Shown piece after piece: positions 36,714 through 50,234 of a stretch of 64,000 bases of DNA. A program made the position numbers and the translations under genes. The stretch spans positions 45,756,001 to 45,820,000 of the forward strand of contig NC_043015.1 of assembly GCF_006345805.1 (NCBI RefSeq), read 5' to 3'. This stretch comes from Octopus sinensis (taxonomy: Eukaryota). Positions within the stretch are counted from its first letter, which is position 1, and each line of letters begins with the position of its first letter. Under the pieces are notes generated by a model. The model made no database searches, had not been told where the DNA came from, and worked only from the letters and a program-made list of their open reading frames with translations.

Positions 36714-39700
36714 AGGCCTAATGTCAAAAGGCCAGGCTTAAGGTCGAAAGGCCAGGTTTAAGTCAAAAGGCCAGGCTTAAGGTCAAAAGGCCAGGCTTAA
36801 GGTCGAAAGGCCAGGTTTAAAGTCAAAAGGCCAGGCTTAAGGTCAAAAGGCCAGGCTTAAGGTCAAAAGGCCAGGCTTAAGGTCAAAAGGCCAGGCTTAA
36901 GGTCAAAAGGCCAGGCTTAAGGTCAAAAGGCCAGGCTTAAGGTCAAAAGGCCAGGCCTAAGGTCAAAAGGCCAGGCTTAAGGTCAAAAGGCCAGGCTTAA
37001 GGTCAAAAGGCCAGACTTAAGGTCAAAAGGCCAGACTTAAGGTGAAAAGGCCAGGCTTAAGGTGAAAAGGCCAGGCTTAAGGTGAAAAGGCCAGGCTTAA
37101 GGTGAAAAGGCCAGGCTTAAGGTGAAAAGGCCAGGCTTAAGGTGAAAAGGCCAGGCTTAAGGTCAAAATGCCAGGCTTAAGGTGAAAAGGCCAGGCTTAA
37201 GGTGAAAAGGCCAGGCTTAAGGTGAAAAGGCCAGGCTTAAGGTGAAAAGGCCAGGCTTAAGGTGAAAAGGCCAGCTTAAGGTCAAAAGGCCAGGCTTAAG
37301 GTCAAATGGCCAGCTTAAGGTGAAAAGGCCAGGCTTAAGGTGAAAAGGCCAGGCTTAAGGTGAAAAGGCCAGGCTTAAGGTGAAAAGGCCAGGCTTAAGG
37401 TGAAAAGGCCAGGCTTAAGGTCAAAAGGCCAGGCTTAAGGTCAAAATGCCAGGCTTAAGGTAAAAGGCCAGGCTTAAGGTCAAAAGGCCAGGCTTAAGGT
37501 CAAATGCCAGGCTTAAGGTGAAAAGGCCAGGCTTAAGGTGAAAAGGCCAGGCTTAAGGTGAAAAGGCCAGGCTTAAGGTGAAAAGGCCAGGCTTAAGGTG
37601 AAAAGGCCAGGCTTAAGGTCAAAATGCCAGGCTTAAGGTGAAAAGGCCAGGCTTAAGGGAAAAAGCCAGGCTTAAGGTGAAAAGGCCAGGCTTAAGGTGA
37701 AAAGGCCAGGCTTAAGGCAAATGCCAGGCTTAAGGTGAAAAGGCCAGGCTTAAGGTCAAAAGGCCAGGCTTAAGGTGAAAAGGCCAGGCTTAAGGTGAAA
37801 AGGCCAGGCTTAAGGTGAAAAGGCCAGGCTTAAGGTCAAATGCCAGGCTTAAGGTGAAAAGGCCAGCTTAAGGTCAAAAGGCCAGGCTTAAGGTGAAAAG
37901 GCCAGGCTTAAGGTGAAAAGGCCAGGCTTAAGGTCAAAATGCCAGGCTTAAGGTGAAAAGGCCAGACTTAAGGTCAAAAGGCCAGGCTTAAGGTGAAAAG
38001 GCCAGGCTTAAGGTGAAAAGGCCAGGCTTAAGGTGAAAAGGCCAGGCTTAAGGTGAAAAGCCAGACTTAAGGTCAAAAGGCCAGGCTTAGGTGAAAAGCC
38101 AGGCTTAAGGTGAAAAGGCCAGGCTTAAGGTCAAAATGCCAGGCTTAAGGTGAAAAGGCCAGACTTAAGGTCAAAAGGCCAGCTTAAGGTGAAAAGGCCA
38201 GGCTTAAGGTGAAAAGGCCAGGCTTAAGGTGAAAAGGCCAGGCTTAAGTCAAAATGCCAGGCCTTAAGGTGAAAAAGGCCAACTTAAGGTGAAAAGGCCA
38301 GGCTTAAGGTGAAAAGGCCAGGCTTAAGGTGAAAAGGCCAGGCTTAGGTGAAAAGGCCAGCTTAAGGTCAAAAGGCCAGGCTTAAGGTGAAAAGGCCAGG
38401 CTTAAGGTGAAAAGGCCAGGCTTAAGGTGAAAAGGCCAGGCTTAAGGTGAAAAGGCCAGGCTTAAGGTCAAAAGGCCAGCTTAAGGTCAAAAGGCCAGGC
38501 TTAAGGTGAAAAGGCCAGGCTTAAGGTGAAAAGGCCAGGCTTAAGGTCAAAAGGCCAGGCTTAAGGTGAAAAGGCCAGCTTAAGGTGAAAAAGGCCATCT
38601 TAAGGTGAAAAGGCCAGACTTAAGGTCAAAAGGCCAGGCTTAAGGTGAAAAGGCCAGGCTTAAGGTGAAAAGGCCAGGCTTAAGGTCAAAATGCCAGGCT
38701 TAAGGTGAAAAGGCCAGACTTAAGGTCAAAAGCCAGGCTTAAGGTGAAAAGGCCAGGCTTAAGGTGAAAAGGCCAGGCTTAAGGTGAAAAGGCCAGGCTT
38801 AAGGTGAAAATGCCAGGCTTAAGGTCACAAATGCAGGCTTAAGGTGAAAAGGCCAGGCTTAAGGTGAAAATGCCAGGCTTAAGGTCAAAATGCCAGGCTT
38901 AAGGTGAAAAGGCCAGGCTTAAGGTCAAAAGGCCAGGCTTAAGGTCAAAAGGCCAGGCTTAAGGTCAAAAGGCCAGGCTTAAGGTGAAAAGGCCAGGCTT
39001 AAGGTCAAAATGCCAGGCTTAAGGTGAAAAGGCCAGACTTAAGGTCAAAAGGCCAGGCTTAAGGTGAAAAGGCCAGGCTTAAGGTGAAAAGGCCAGGCTT
39101 AAGGTGAAAAGGCCAGGCTTAAGGTCCAAATGCCAGGCTTAAGGTGAAAAGGCCAGACTTAAGGTCAAAAGGCCAGGCTTAAGGTGAAAAGGCCAGGCTT
39201 AAGGTGAAAAGGCAGGCTTAAGGTGAAAAGGCCAGGCTTAGGTGAAAAGGCCAGGCTTAAGGTGAAAAGGCCAGGCTTAAGGTCAAAAGGCCAGGCTTAA
39301 GGTGAAAAAGGCCAGGCTAAGGTCAAAATGCCAGGCTTAAGGTGAAAAGGCCAGGCTTAAGGTGAAAAGGCCAGGCTTAAGGTCAAAATGCCAGGCTTAA
39401 GGTGAAAAGGCAGGCTTAAGGTGAAAAGGCCAGGCTTAAGGTGAAAAGGCCAGGCTTAAGGTCAAAAGGCCAGGCTTAAGGTGAAAAGGCCAGGCTTAAG
39501 GTGAAAAGGCCAGGCTTAAGGTGAAAAGGCCAGCTTAGGTGAAAAGGCCAGGCTTAAGGTGAAAAGGCCAGGCTTAAGGTGAAAAGGCCAGGCTTAAGGT
39601 GAAAAGGCCAGGCTTAAGGTCAAAAGGCCAGGCTTAAGGTGAAAAGGCCAGGCTTAAGGTGAAAAGGCCAGCTTAGGTGAAAAGGCCAGGCTTAAGGTGA

Positions 39701-42700
39701 AAAGGCCAGGCTTAAGGTGAAAAGGCCAGGCTTAAGGTGAAAAGGCCAGGCTTAAGGTCAAAAGGCCAGGCTTAAGGTTGAAAAGGCCAGGCTTAAGTCA
39801 AAAGGCCAGGCTTAAGGTCAAAAGGCCAGGCTTAAGTGAAAAGGCCAGGCTTAAGTGAAAAGGCCAGGCTTAAGGTGAAAGGCCAGGCTTAAGGTCAAAA
39901 TGCCAGGCTTAAGGTGAAAAGGCCAGGCTTAAGGTCAAAAGGCCAGCTTAAGGTCAAAAGCCAGGCTTAAGGTGAAAAGGCCAGGCTTAAGGTGAAAAGG
40001 CCAGGCTTAAGGTGAAAAGGCCAGGCTTAGGTCAAAAGGCCAGCTTAAGGGGTCAAAAGGCCAGGCTTAAGGTCAAAAGGCCAGGCTTAAGGTGAAAAGG
40101 CCAGGCTTAAGGTGAAAAGGCCAGGCTTAAGGTGAAAAGGCCAGGCTTAAGGTGAAAAGGCCAGGCTTAAGGTCAAAAGGCCAGGCTTAAGGTGAAAAGG
40201 CCAGGCTTAAGGTGAAAAGGCCAGGCTTAAGGTGAAAAGGCCAGGCTTAAGGTCAAAAGGCCAGGCTTAAGGTGAAAAGGCCAGGCTTCAGGTCAAAAGG
40301 CCAGGCTTAAGGTCAAAAGGCCAGGCTTAAGGTCAAAAGGCCAGGCTTAAGGTGAAAAGGCCAGGCTTAAGGTGAAAAGGCCAGGCTTAAGGTCAAAAGG
40401 CCAGGCTTAAGGTCAAAAGGCCAGGCTTAAGGTGAAAAGGCCAGGCTTAAGGTCAAAATGCCAGGCTTAAGGTGAAAAGGCCAGGCTTAAGGTCAAAAGG
40501 CCAGGCTTAAGGTCAAAAGGCCAGGCTTAAGGTCAAAAGCAAGGCTTAGGTGAAAAGGCCAGGCTTAAGGTGAAAAGGCCAGGCCTAAGGTCAAAAGGCC
40601 AGGCTTAAGGTGAAAAGGCCAGGCTTAAGGTGAAAAGGCCAGGCTTAAGGTCAAAATGCCAGGCTTAAGGTGAAAAGGCCAGGCTTCAGGTCAAAAGGCC
40701 AGGCTTAAGGTCAAAAGGCCAGGCTTAAGGTCAAAAGGCCAGGCTTAAGGTCAAAAGGCCAGGCTTAAGGGGAAAAGGCCAGGCTTAAGGTGAAAAGGCC
40801 AGGCCTAAGGTCAAAAGGCCAGGCTTAAGGTGAAAAGGCCAGGCTTAAGGTGAAAAGGCCAGGCTTAAGGTCAAAAGGCCAGGCTTAAGGTGAAAAGGCC
40901 AGGCTTCAGGTCAAAAGGCCAGGCTTAAGGTCAAAAGGCCAGGCTTAAGGTGAAAAGGCCAGGCTTAAGGTCAAAAGGCCAGGCTTAAGGTGAAAAGGCC
41001 AGGCTTAAGGTGAAAAGGCCAGGCTTAAGGTGAAAAGGCCAGGCTTAAGGTGAAAAGGCCAGGCTTAAGGTCAAAAGGCCAGGCCTAAGGTCAAAAGGCC
41101 AGGCTTAAGGTCAAAAGGCCAGGCTTAAGGTCAAAATGCCAGGCTTAAGGTGAAAAGGCCAGGCTTAAGGTGAAAAGGCCAGGCCTAAGGTCAAAAGGCC
41201 AGGCTTAAGGTGAAAAGGCCAGGCTTAAGGTGAAAAGGCCAGGCTTAAGGTGAAAAGGCCAGGCTTAAGGTCAAAAGGCCAGGCTTAAGGTGAAAAGGCC
41301 AGGCTTAAGGTGAAAAGGCCAGGCCTAAGGTCAAAAGCCAGGCTTAAGGTAAGGTCAAAAGGCCAGCCTAAGGTCAAAAGGCCAGGCTTAAGGTCAAAAG
41401 CCAGGCTTAAGGTCAAAATGCCAGGCTTAAGGTGAAAAGGCCAGGCTTAGGTGGAAAGGCCAGGCCTAAGGTCAAAATGCCAGGCTTAAGGTCAAAAGGC
41501 CAGGCTAAGGTGAAAAGGCCAGGCTTAAGGTCAAAGGCCAGGCTTAAGGTGAAAAGGCCAGGCTTAAGGTGAAAAGGCCAGCTTAAGGTCAAAATGCCAG
41601 GCTTAGGTGAAAAGGCCAGGCTTAAGGTCAAAATGCCAGGCTTAAGGTGAAAAGGCCAGGCTTAAGGTCAAAAGGCCAGGCTTAAGGTGAAAAGGCCAGG
41701 CTTAAGGTCAAAAGGCCAGGCTTAAGGTGAAAAGGCCAGGCTTAAGGTGAAAAGGCCAGGCTTAAGGTGAAAAGGCCAGGCTTAAGGTCAAAATGCCAGG
41801 CTTAAGGTGAAAAGGCCAGGCTTAAGGTCAAAATGCCAGGCTTAAGGTGAAAAGGCCAGGCTTAAGGTCAAAAGGCCAGGCTTAAGGTGAAAAGGCCAGG
41901 CTTAAGGTGAAAAGGCCAGGCTTAAGGTCAAAAGGCCAGGCTTAAGGTGAAAAGGCCAGGCTTAAGGTCAAAAGGCCAGGCTTAAGGTGAAAAGGCCAGG
42001 CTTAAGGTCAAAATGCCAGGCTTAAGGTGAAAAGGCCAGGCTTAAGGTGAAAAGGCCAGGCTTAAGGTCAAAATGCCAGGCTTAAGGTGAAAAGGCCAGG
42101 CTTAAGGTGAAAAGGCCAGGCTTAAGGTGAAAAGGCCAGGCTTAAGGTGAAAAGGCCAGGCTTAAGGTGAAAAGGCCAGGCTTAAGGTGAAAAGGCCAGG
42201 CTTAAGGTGAAAAGGCCAGGCTTAAGGTCAAAATGCCAGGCTTAAGGTGAAAAGGCCAGGCTTAAGGTCAAAAGGCCAGGCTTAGGTGAAAAGGCCAGGC
42301 TTAGGTCAAAATGCCAGGCTTAAGGTGAAAAGGCCAGGCTTAAGGTGAAAAGGCCAGGCTTAAGGTCAAAATGCCAGGCTTAAGGTGAAAAAAAGGCAGG
42401 CTTAAGGTGAAAAGGCCAGGCTTAAGGTGAAAAGGCCAGGCTTAAGGTGAAAAGCCAGGCTTAAGGTCAAAAGGCCAGGCTTAAGGTGAAAAGGCCAGGC
42501 TTAAGGTAAAAGGCCAGGCTTAAGGTCAAAATGCCAGGCTTAAGGTGAAAAGGCCAGGCTTAAGGTCAAAAGGCCAGGCTTAAGGTCAAAAGGCCAGGCT
42601 TAAGGTCAAAATGCCAGGCTTAAGGTGAAAAGGCCAGGCTTAAGGTGAAAAGGCCAGGCTTAAGGTCAAAATGCCAGGCTTAAGGTGAAAAGGCCAGGCT

Positions 42701-43494
42701 TAAGTGAAAAGGCCAGGCCTTAAGGTGAAAAGGCCAGGCTTAAGGTGAAAAGGCCAGGCTTAAGGTCAAAAGGCCAGGCTTAAGGTGAAAAGGCCAGGCT
42801 TAAGGTGAAAAGGCCAGGCTTAAGGTCAAAATGCCAGGCTTAAGGTGAAAGGCCAGGCTTAAGGTCAAAAGGCCAGGCTTAGGTCAAAAGGCCAGGCTTA
42901 AGGTGAAAATGCCAGGCTTAAGGTCAAAAGGCCAGGCTTAAGGTCAAAAGGCCAGGCTTAAGGTGAAAAGGCCAGGCTTAAGGTCAAAAGGCCAGGCTTA
43001 AGGTCAAAAGGCCAGGCTTAAGGTGAAAAGGCCAGGCTTAAGGTCAAAAGGCCAGGCTTAAGGTCAAAAGGCCAGGCTTAAGGTGAAAATGCCAGCTTAA
43101 GGTCAAAAGGCCAGGCTTAAGGTCAAAAGGCCAGGCTTAAGGTGAAAAGGCCAGGCTTAAGGTGAAAAGGCCAGGCTTAAGGTCAAAAGGCCAGGCTTAA
43201 GGTCAAAAGGCCAGGCTTAAGGTGAAAAGGCCAGGCTTAAGGTGAAAAGGCCAGGCTTAAGGTGAAAATGCCAGGCTTAAGGTCAAAAGGCCAGGCTTAA
43301 GGTCAAAAGGCCAGGCTTAAGGTGAAAAGGCCAGGCTTAAGGTGAAAAGGCCAGGCTTAAGGTGAAAAGGCCAGGCTTAAGGTGAAAAGGCCAGGCTTAA
43401 GGTCAAAATGCCAGGCTTAAGGTCAAAATGCCAGGCTTAAGGTCAAAAGGCCAGGCTTAAGGTCAAAATGCCAGGCTTAAAAGGTCAAAAGGCC
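36714..43494. repeat. 6.8-kb satellite of a 20-bp unit (GGCCAGGCTTAAGGT[C/G]AAAA), ~340 copies
   Basis: Direct inspection. Copy number is length/20. Main variants: GTC vs GTG and AAAAG vs AAAAT. Confidence 0.97.
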
Positions 43495-43725
43495 TTCTAT
43501 TCATGATCTTCCTGTATGCATAAGGGTATGGGCAATTGTTGCTAACACAGAAAGGTTTATTTGCAGCATTTCTTCCAAAGCTTTACCTTCTGAGTTTAAA
43601 CCCCACTGAGGTCATCTTCCCCTTTCATCTTTTCGGGGTTGATAAAATAAAGTACCAGTCAAAAATTGGTGTCGATACAATTGACCCTTCAACCTAAAAT
43701 TGATGGCTTTGTGTCAAAACTTGAA

Positions 43726-43915
43726 TGATGATGATGATGATGAGTATGTTGACGATGAGGATGATGAGAGTGATGATAGTGGTGATGGTGGTGGTGGTGG
43801 CAATGATGTTGATGTTGATGGTGGTGGCGAGAATGGTGGTGATGGTGATGATGATGACGACAATGGTGGTGATGGGGCATGGAGGTGGAAGCGATGACGA
43901 TGACGACGATGATAA
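43726..43915. repeat. (GAT/GGT)n trinucleotide tract
   Basis: Direct inspection. Confidence 0.85.
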
Positions 43916-46147
43916 TATATGAGATTTTCAAATCATCATCATCATTGTTTAACGTCTGTTTTCCATTCTAGCATGGGTTAGACGGTTTGACCGGAGTCTG
44001 GGAAGCCAAGAGGCTGCACCAGGCTCCAGTCTGATCTGGCAGGGTTTCTACAGCTGGATGCCCTTCCCAACGCCAACCACTCCATGAGTGTAGTAGTGCT
44101 TTTTACTTGCCACCGGTACAGGGGCCAGGGGAAGCTGGCAGCAGCCACGATCAGTTGGTGCTTATTACGCGTCACCGACACGAACACCAGTCAGGCGGTG
44201 CTGGCATCTGCCACGTTCGGATGGTGCTTTTAACGTGTCACTAGTACGTACGCCAGTCAAGGCGGCACTGGCATAAATATGAATAATTTTTTATTCAGGA
44301 TGTTAACACATGATTTGAGGGGAAATTCCATTACTATTTCTAACAGACCAAGCGACTTTGTAAGGCACTTCATAGATATGATACTCTTGTTGACACCTGT
44401 TGATAAATACCATTGACCATGAAAGTTCAAGCCACTGACTCTATCTGTTACACAAAAACAATGTTGATAAAAAGATATTTATTCTTACATATGATGTAAC
44501 GGGGATTAACCAGGAACTGGTTCAACTGGCTGAGTCTAAGCTCAACGAATGGATCAAATGATTGACAACAATTAGTATACTCTCCTCCTCCTCTTCCTCC
44601 CTCTTCTTCTCCACATCCTCCTGCCTAACGATGATGACGATAATGATGATGATAACGATGATTATGATCTACTATTGCCCTGGGCAGACAAAAACCTTGT
44701 GATTGATGGAAACTGAATGGAACACATCATTTGTATAAACATACATACACACACACATATGCACACACATACATACACACACACACATACACACATACGC
44801 ACACACATACACAAACACATATATACATACATACATACACACATATGCACACACACACATATATACATACATATACACATACATACATACACACACACAT
44901 ACACACACATACATACATACGCACACACAAACATACACACATGTATGTATACATACATACATACACACATACATACATACACACATACGCACACACATAC
45001 ATACATACACACATATGCACACACATACACACATACATACATACATACATACATACATACACATACATACACACATGCATACATACACACATACATACAC
45101 ACATACATACATATACATACATACATACATACATACACATACATACACACATGCATACATACACACATACATACACACATACATACATATACATACATAC
45201 ATACATACACACACATACATACAAATATATGTGTGTGTGTGTGTATGTGTATGAGTGTGTCTTTCTCTGTGTGTGTGTGTTTGTGTGTGTTGTCCGTCAT
45301 TACTGTTTGACAACCGGTGTTGGTTTGCTTCTGTTCCTGAAACTTAGCAGTTCGGCATAATACCTGACAGAATGAGTAGGAGGTATTTTAAGTACCAGGC
45401 CTTACAACAACAAAAGTCCCGGATTTTGATTTGTTTCACTAAAACCCTTCATGCATGGCTGCAGCCCAATCACTGAGTCAAGTCAAAGACTAAACGCAGG
45501 AAAAGACATCCTACAACAAACCTGAAATACCTGTTAACGTTGTTTTTATGTGATTCAAACACACAAGCTTCAATGAATCGCTTTATTTCAGATAAGCTAT
45601 CAGACAGTTTTAGATAATATTTCATTCAACATTAAGTATTCTGACAAACATGAGTAAGTTGCTTGCCCAACTCAAAAACCCAAGCTGTTTTAGTTTTAAT
45701 CATTTCGTTACAGCTTTTCTGTTGAAATGCACCCATTTTTTTTCAATTTCAATTAATTTCGAAAATAATGAACATCATCATCATCATCGTTTAATGTCTG
45801 TTTTCCATGCTAGTATGGATTGGACGGTTCGACCGGGGTCTGTGAAGCCAGGAGGCTGCACCAGGCCCAGTCTGATCTGGCAGTGTTTCTACAGCTGGAT
45901 GCCCTTCCTAACGCCAACCACTCCGTGAGTGTAGTGGGTGCTTTTTACGTGCCACTGGCACAGGTGCCAGGGGAGGCTGGCAACGGCCACGATCGGTTGG
46001 TGGTTTTTACGTGCCACCGGCACGGAAGCCAGTCAAGGCGGCGCTGGCATCGACCACATATGGAAGGTGCTTTTTATGTGCCACCGAAATACTGTATAGT
46101 ATTGAATGGTCAATATGTACATGTGTGTATGTATATGTGTGTGTGTG

Positions 46148-46189
<42 letters not shown>

Positions 46190-47344
46190 ATATATACACA
46201 TATATATAATACAAATAAGAAAGTGGAGAAACAATTTAGTAGGTTCATCAGCTTTCGGATATTAGAATGTTGACTTATGGTAAAATATTTCTTTACCTTC
46301 ACCCATTTAATACAATAAATAAGTTAATTGCATTGCAATTAAAAACATTTGTGTATTAAGAATTTGGGTATTATACCAACAGTATATTGGATAAATATTA
46401 TCCCTTAATGGGTTGGATCCATAACCCCTAACTTACTTGGTGTTATATATATAAAGGTGCAGGCGTGGCAAGTAGCTTGTGTACAAACCACATGGTTCCG
46501 GGTTCAGTCCCACAGCATGGTACCTTTGGCAAGTGTCTTCTACTATAACCTCAGGCCGACCAAAGCCTTGTGAGTGGATTTATATTAACTCAATACATCT
46601 GACTAATATAGGCAGAATGAGATACCTTTATCTACAGGCTGAAACAGCTGTAAGGTCCATTCTATGTGTGTTATTTTTATGGTATTATCTTACTTATTGA
46701 TGTATATTGTTTTATTTTGTTGGATTTAGACGTTCCTATTTATGTAGTTAATAAATAATATGACTTGGTAATATCTGTAAGTCGATGATTGAAAGGAATC
46801 TGTTCCTCCATTTTCTTATTTATATTATTTACTATCTATCATTTTGCTTTATATGTATACACACACACATTGACAAAAGTAGCATTAATTTTCTTAGGTC
46901 GTTCAATTTACCCCAATTGATCAACAGACCAATATAGTAAACCTATTAATAATGTACCTATAAAAATGTACCTATAAAATGTACCTATAAAAATTTGCTC
47001 TAATAAAGAAATTATATGCAATGACCAGTATTTTTAACTTGCATCTTATACGTATGTATGTATGTATGTATGTATGTATGTATGTATGTATGTATGTATG
47101 TATGCATGTTTGGATGGATGTATGTATGTATGTATGTATGTATGTATGCATGTTTGGATGTATGTATGTATGTATGTATGTATGTATGTATGTATGTATG
47201 TATGTATGTATGTATGTTTGGATGGATGGATGGATGGATGTATGTATGTATGCATACTTGTATGTATGTACGTATAGATGGATGGATGTATGTATGTATG
47301 GATGGATGGATGGATGTATGTATGTGTGTATGTATGTATGGGAA

Positions 47345-47727
47345 GGGTCTTCCTATGATGCTGACATGCAGTGTCTGTGCAAGACCCTGCCTCAGTAAAG
47401 CTGGACTCACGAGTCATCTTTGTAGTCATAAAGCGAGACAGATGAGTGACAACCTGGCCACTGGTGGTGGTGTAACACACCATACTAATCATATCTGTCG
47501 GGCATGTGGAAGAGAGTGTAATTCGGCAGGAGGACTTAAACAACATGCAAAGGTACATGAAGCCCAGTTACAACTACAGCCGGCTATTACCGGTAAAGGT
47601 TTTAGTTGCCAATTCTGTACAAGACATTGTAGATCTTTAGCTGGGCTAAAAAGTCACATTCGATCACAGCACCAGTAACAGTTAAGCTTCGTGCAATGGC
47701 CATACTCGATAACGAGGGGGCAGCCAT
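47345..47727 (+). mobile_element. Second copy of the triple-C2H2 LINE-tail element
   Basis: Near-identical to the reverse complement of 17172-17554, with the same 5' start (gggtcttcct) and an A-rich tail. Confidence 0.78.
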
Positions 47728-47895
47728 AAAAAAAAAAAATAATTGTGTGGTAAGTAGCTTGCTTACCAACCACATGGTTCCGGGTTCAGTCCCACTGCGT
47801 GGCATCTTGGGCAAGTGTCTTCTGCTATAGCCCCGGGCCAACCAATGCCTTGTGAGTGGATTTGGTAGACGGAAAACTGAAAGAAGCCTGTCGTA

Positions 47896-47973
<78 letters not shown>

Positions 47974-49384
47974 TGTGTGTGTGTTTGTCCCCCTAGCATT
48001 GCTTGACAACCGATGCTGGTGTGTTTACGTCCCCGTCACTTAGCAGTTCGGCAAAAGAGACCGATAGAATAAGTACTGGGCTTACAAAGAATAAGTCCTG
48101 GGGTCGATTTGCTCGACTAAAGGTGGTGCTCCAGCATGGCCACAGTCAAATGACTGAAACAAGTAAAAGAGTAAAAGAGTAAAAGAATGTATGTATGTAT
48201 GTACGAATGAGTGGACAAGTGGAACAGAAAAACGCACCCAATACAGTTTATCAGAGTTTTATGTATTATTTAAAAGAGTTTGATTCGGCTCTATGCGACA
48301 TAAAGTTTCACAGGTCTCTTACAGAAATCTGTCTCTTTCAGACCTAGCTTACTGCATTCAGTCATTGTGCACATACATACACCTGTACTGCATATAAACG
48401 TTGCTTCTGTGCAAGAAACCCTGTTGCATCGAAGTTGAACAAAGCAATTTCATAACAGTGAAACCTATGAAAATAAATAGATAAATAAATAAATTTCAAA
48501 CGCCATTCTCATTGCTTGGCCATCTCCTGGAATTTCCTGCTTAAATTCGAGCTTCATTATAAAGGGGACAAATCGCTGGTTTCTTTATTGTGCAGAAAAT
48601 AAAAGAATCAAGTTACAATTGTCTTTTGTAGTATTTTTTGGAGTGTTAGCTTATGTTGCATCCTATTACATCATCATCATCGTTTAACATCCGCTTTCCA
48701 TGCTAGCATGGGTTGGACGATTTTGACTGAGGGCTGGCGAACGTGATGGCTGCACCAGGCTCCAGTCTTGATCTGGCAGAGTTTCTACAGCTGGATGCCC
48801 TTCCTAATGCCAACCACTCCGAGAGTGTAGTGGATGCTTTTTACGTGCCACCGGCACGGTGGCCAGCCAGGCAGTACTGGCAATGACCTCGCTCAAATCT
48901 TTTTACACATGCCACAGGTAACGATAGAAATTTTGTAATTTCTTAAAAGTACAGTAATTTTTTTTTTTTATTTAATACAGCTGTTTTGCTAAGTCATTTT
49001 GTCATGTAAAACAAATTAGTTTAGTTTGGCTGTCCTACTGTTTGTTTCAATGATTTCATGTGAGTACACCATCCAACTAAGAAATTACAAAATTGCTATC
49101 GTTACCTGTGGCATGTGTAAAAACATTTGAGCGAGGTCCATCATCATCATCATCATCATCGTTTAACGTCCGTTCTCCATGCTAGCATGGGTTGGACGGT
49201 TTGGCCGGGGATCTGGGAAGTTAGAAGGCTGCACCAGGCTCCAGTCTTATCTGGCAATGTTTCTACAGCTGGATGCCCTTCCTAACGCCAACCACTCCGT
49301 GAGTGTAGTGGGTGCTTTTTACGTGCCACCTGCACAGGTGCCAGGCGAGGCTGGCAACGGCCACGGTCAGATTGGTGCATTTTA

Positions 49385-49418
<34 letters not shown>

Positions 49419-50177
49419 CATGTGTGTGTGTGTGTGTGAATATATGTGTGTTCAATGACAGCACCGCATGACTGGCATCTGTGCTGGTGGAGCGCTAAGA
49501 GCACCATCCAAGCGTGATCGTTGCCAGGGCCACTGACTGGCCCCTGTGCTGGTGACACATAAAAAGCACCATTTGAGCGTGATCATTATCAGTGTCGCCT
49601 TACTGGCACTTGTGCCGGTGGTACATGAAAAACAACATTCAAGTGAGAGCGTTGCCAGTGCCGCTGGACTGGCTCCTTTGCAGGTGACACAGAAAAACAC
49701 CATTTGAGCGTGGCTGTTGCTAGTACTGCCTGACTGACCCTCGTGCCGGTGGCACATAAAAGCACCCACTACACTCTCAGAGTGGTTGGTGTTAAGAAGG
49801 GCATCCAGCTGTAGAAACTCTGCCAGATCAGATTGGAGCCTGGTGCAGCCATCTGGTTCGCCAGTCCCCAGTCAAACCGTCCAACCCATGCTAGCATGGA
49901 AAGCAGACATTAAACGATGATGATGATGATGATGATGATGATGAGGATACTCTTGCTCTCTTTTACTTGTTTCAGTCATTTGACTGCGGCCATGCTGGAG
50001 CACCGCCTTTTAGTCGAGGAAATCGATCCTGGGATTTATTCTTTGTAAGCCCAGTACTTATTCTATCGGTCTCTTTTGCCGAACTGCTAAGTGACGGGGA
50101 CGTAAACACACCAGCATCAGTTGTCAAGCAATGCTAGAGGGACAAACACAGACACACAAACATATACACACACATAC

Positions 50178-50234
<57 letters not shown>

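Noticed and set aside
36714-43494. CRISPR array or coding repeat
   Set aside because: There are no unique spacers, only monomer variants. The palindromic CTTAAG places TAA stops on both strands, and the 20-bp period cycles them through all frames. The context is eukaryotic.
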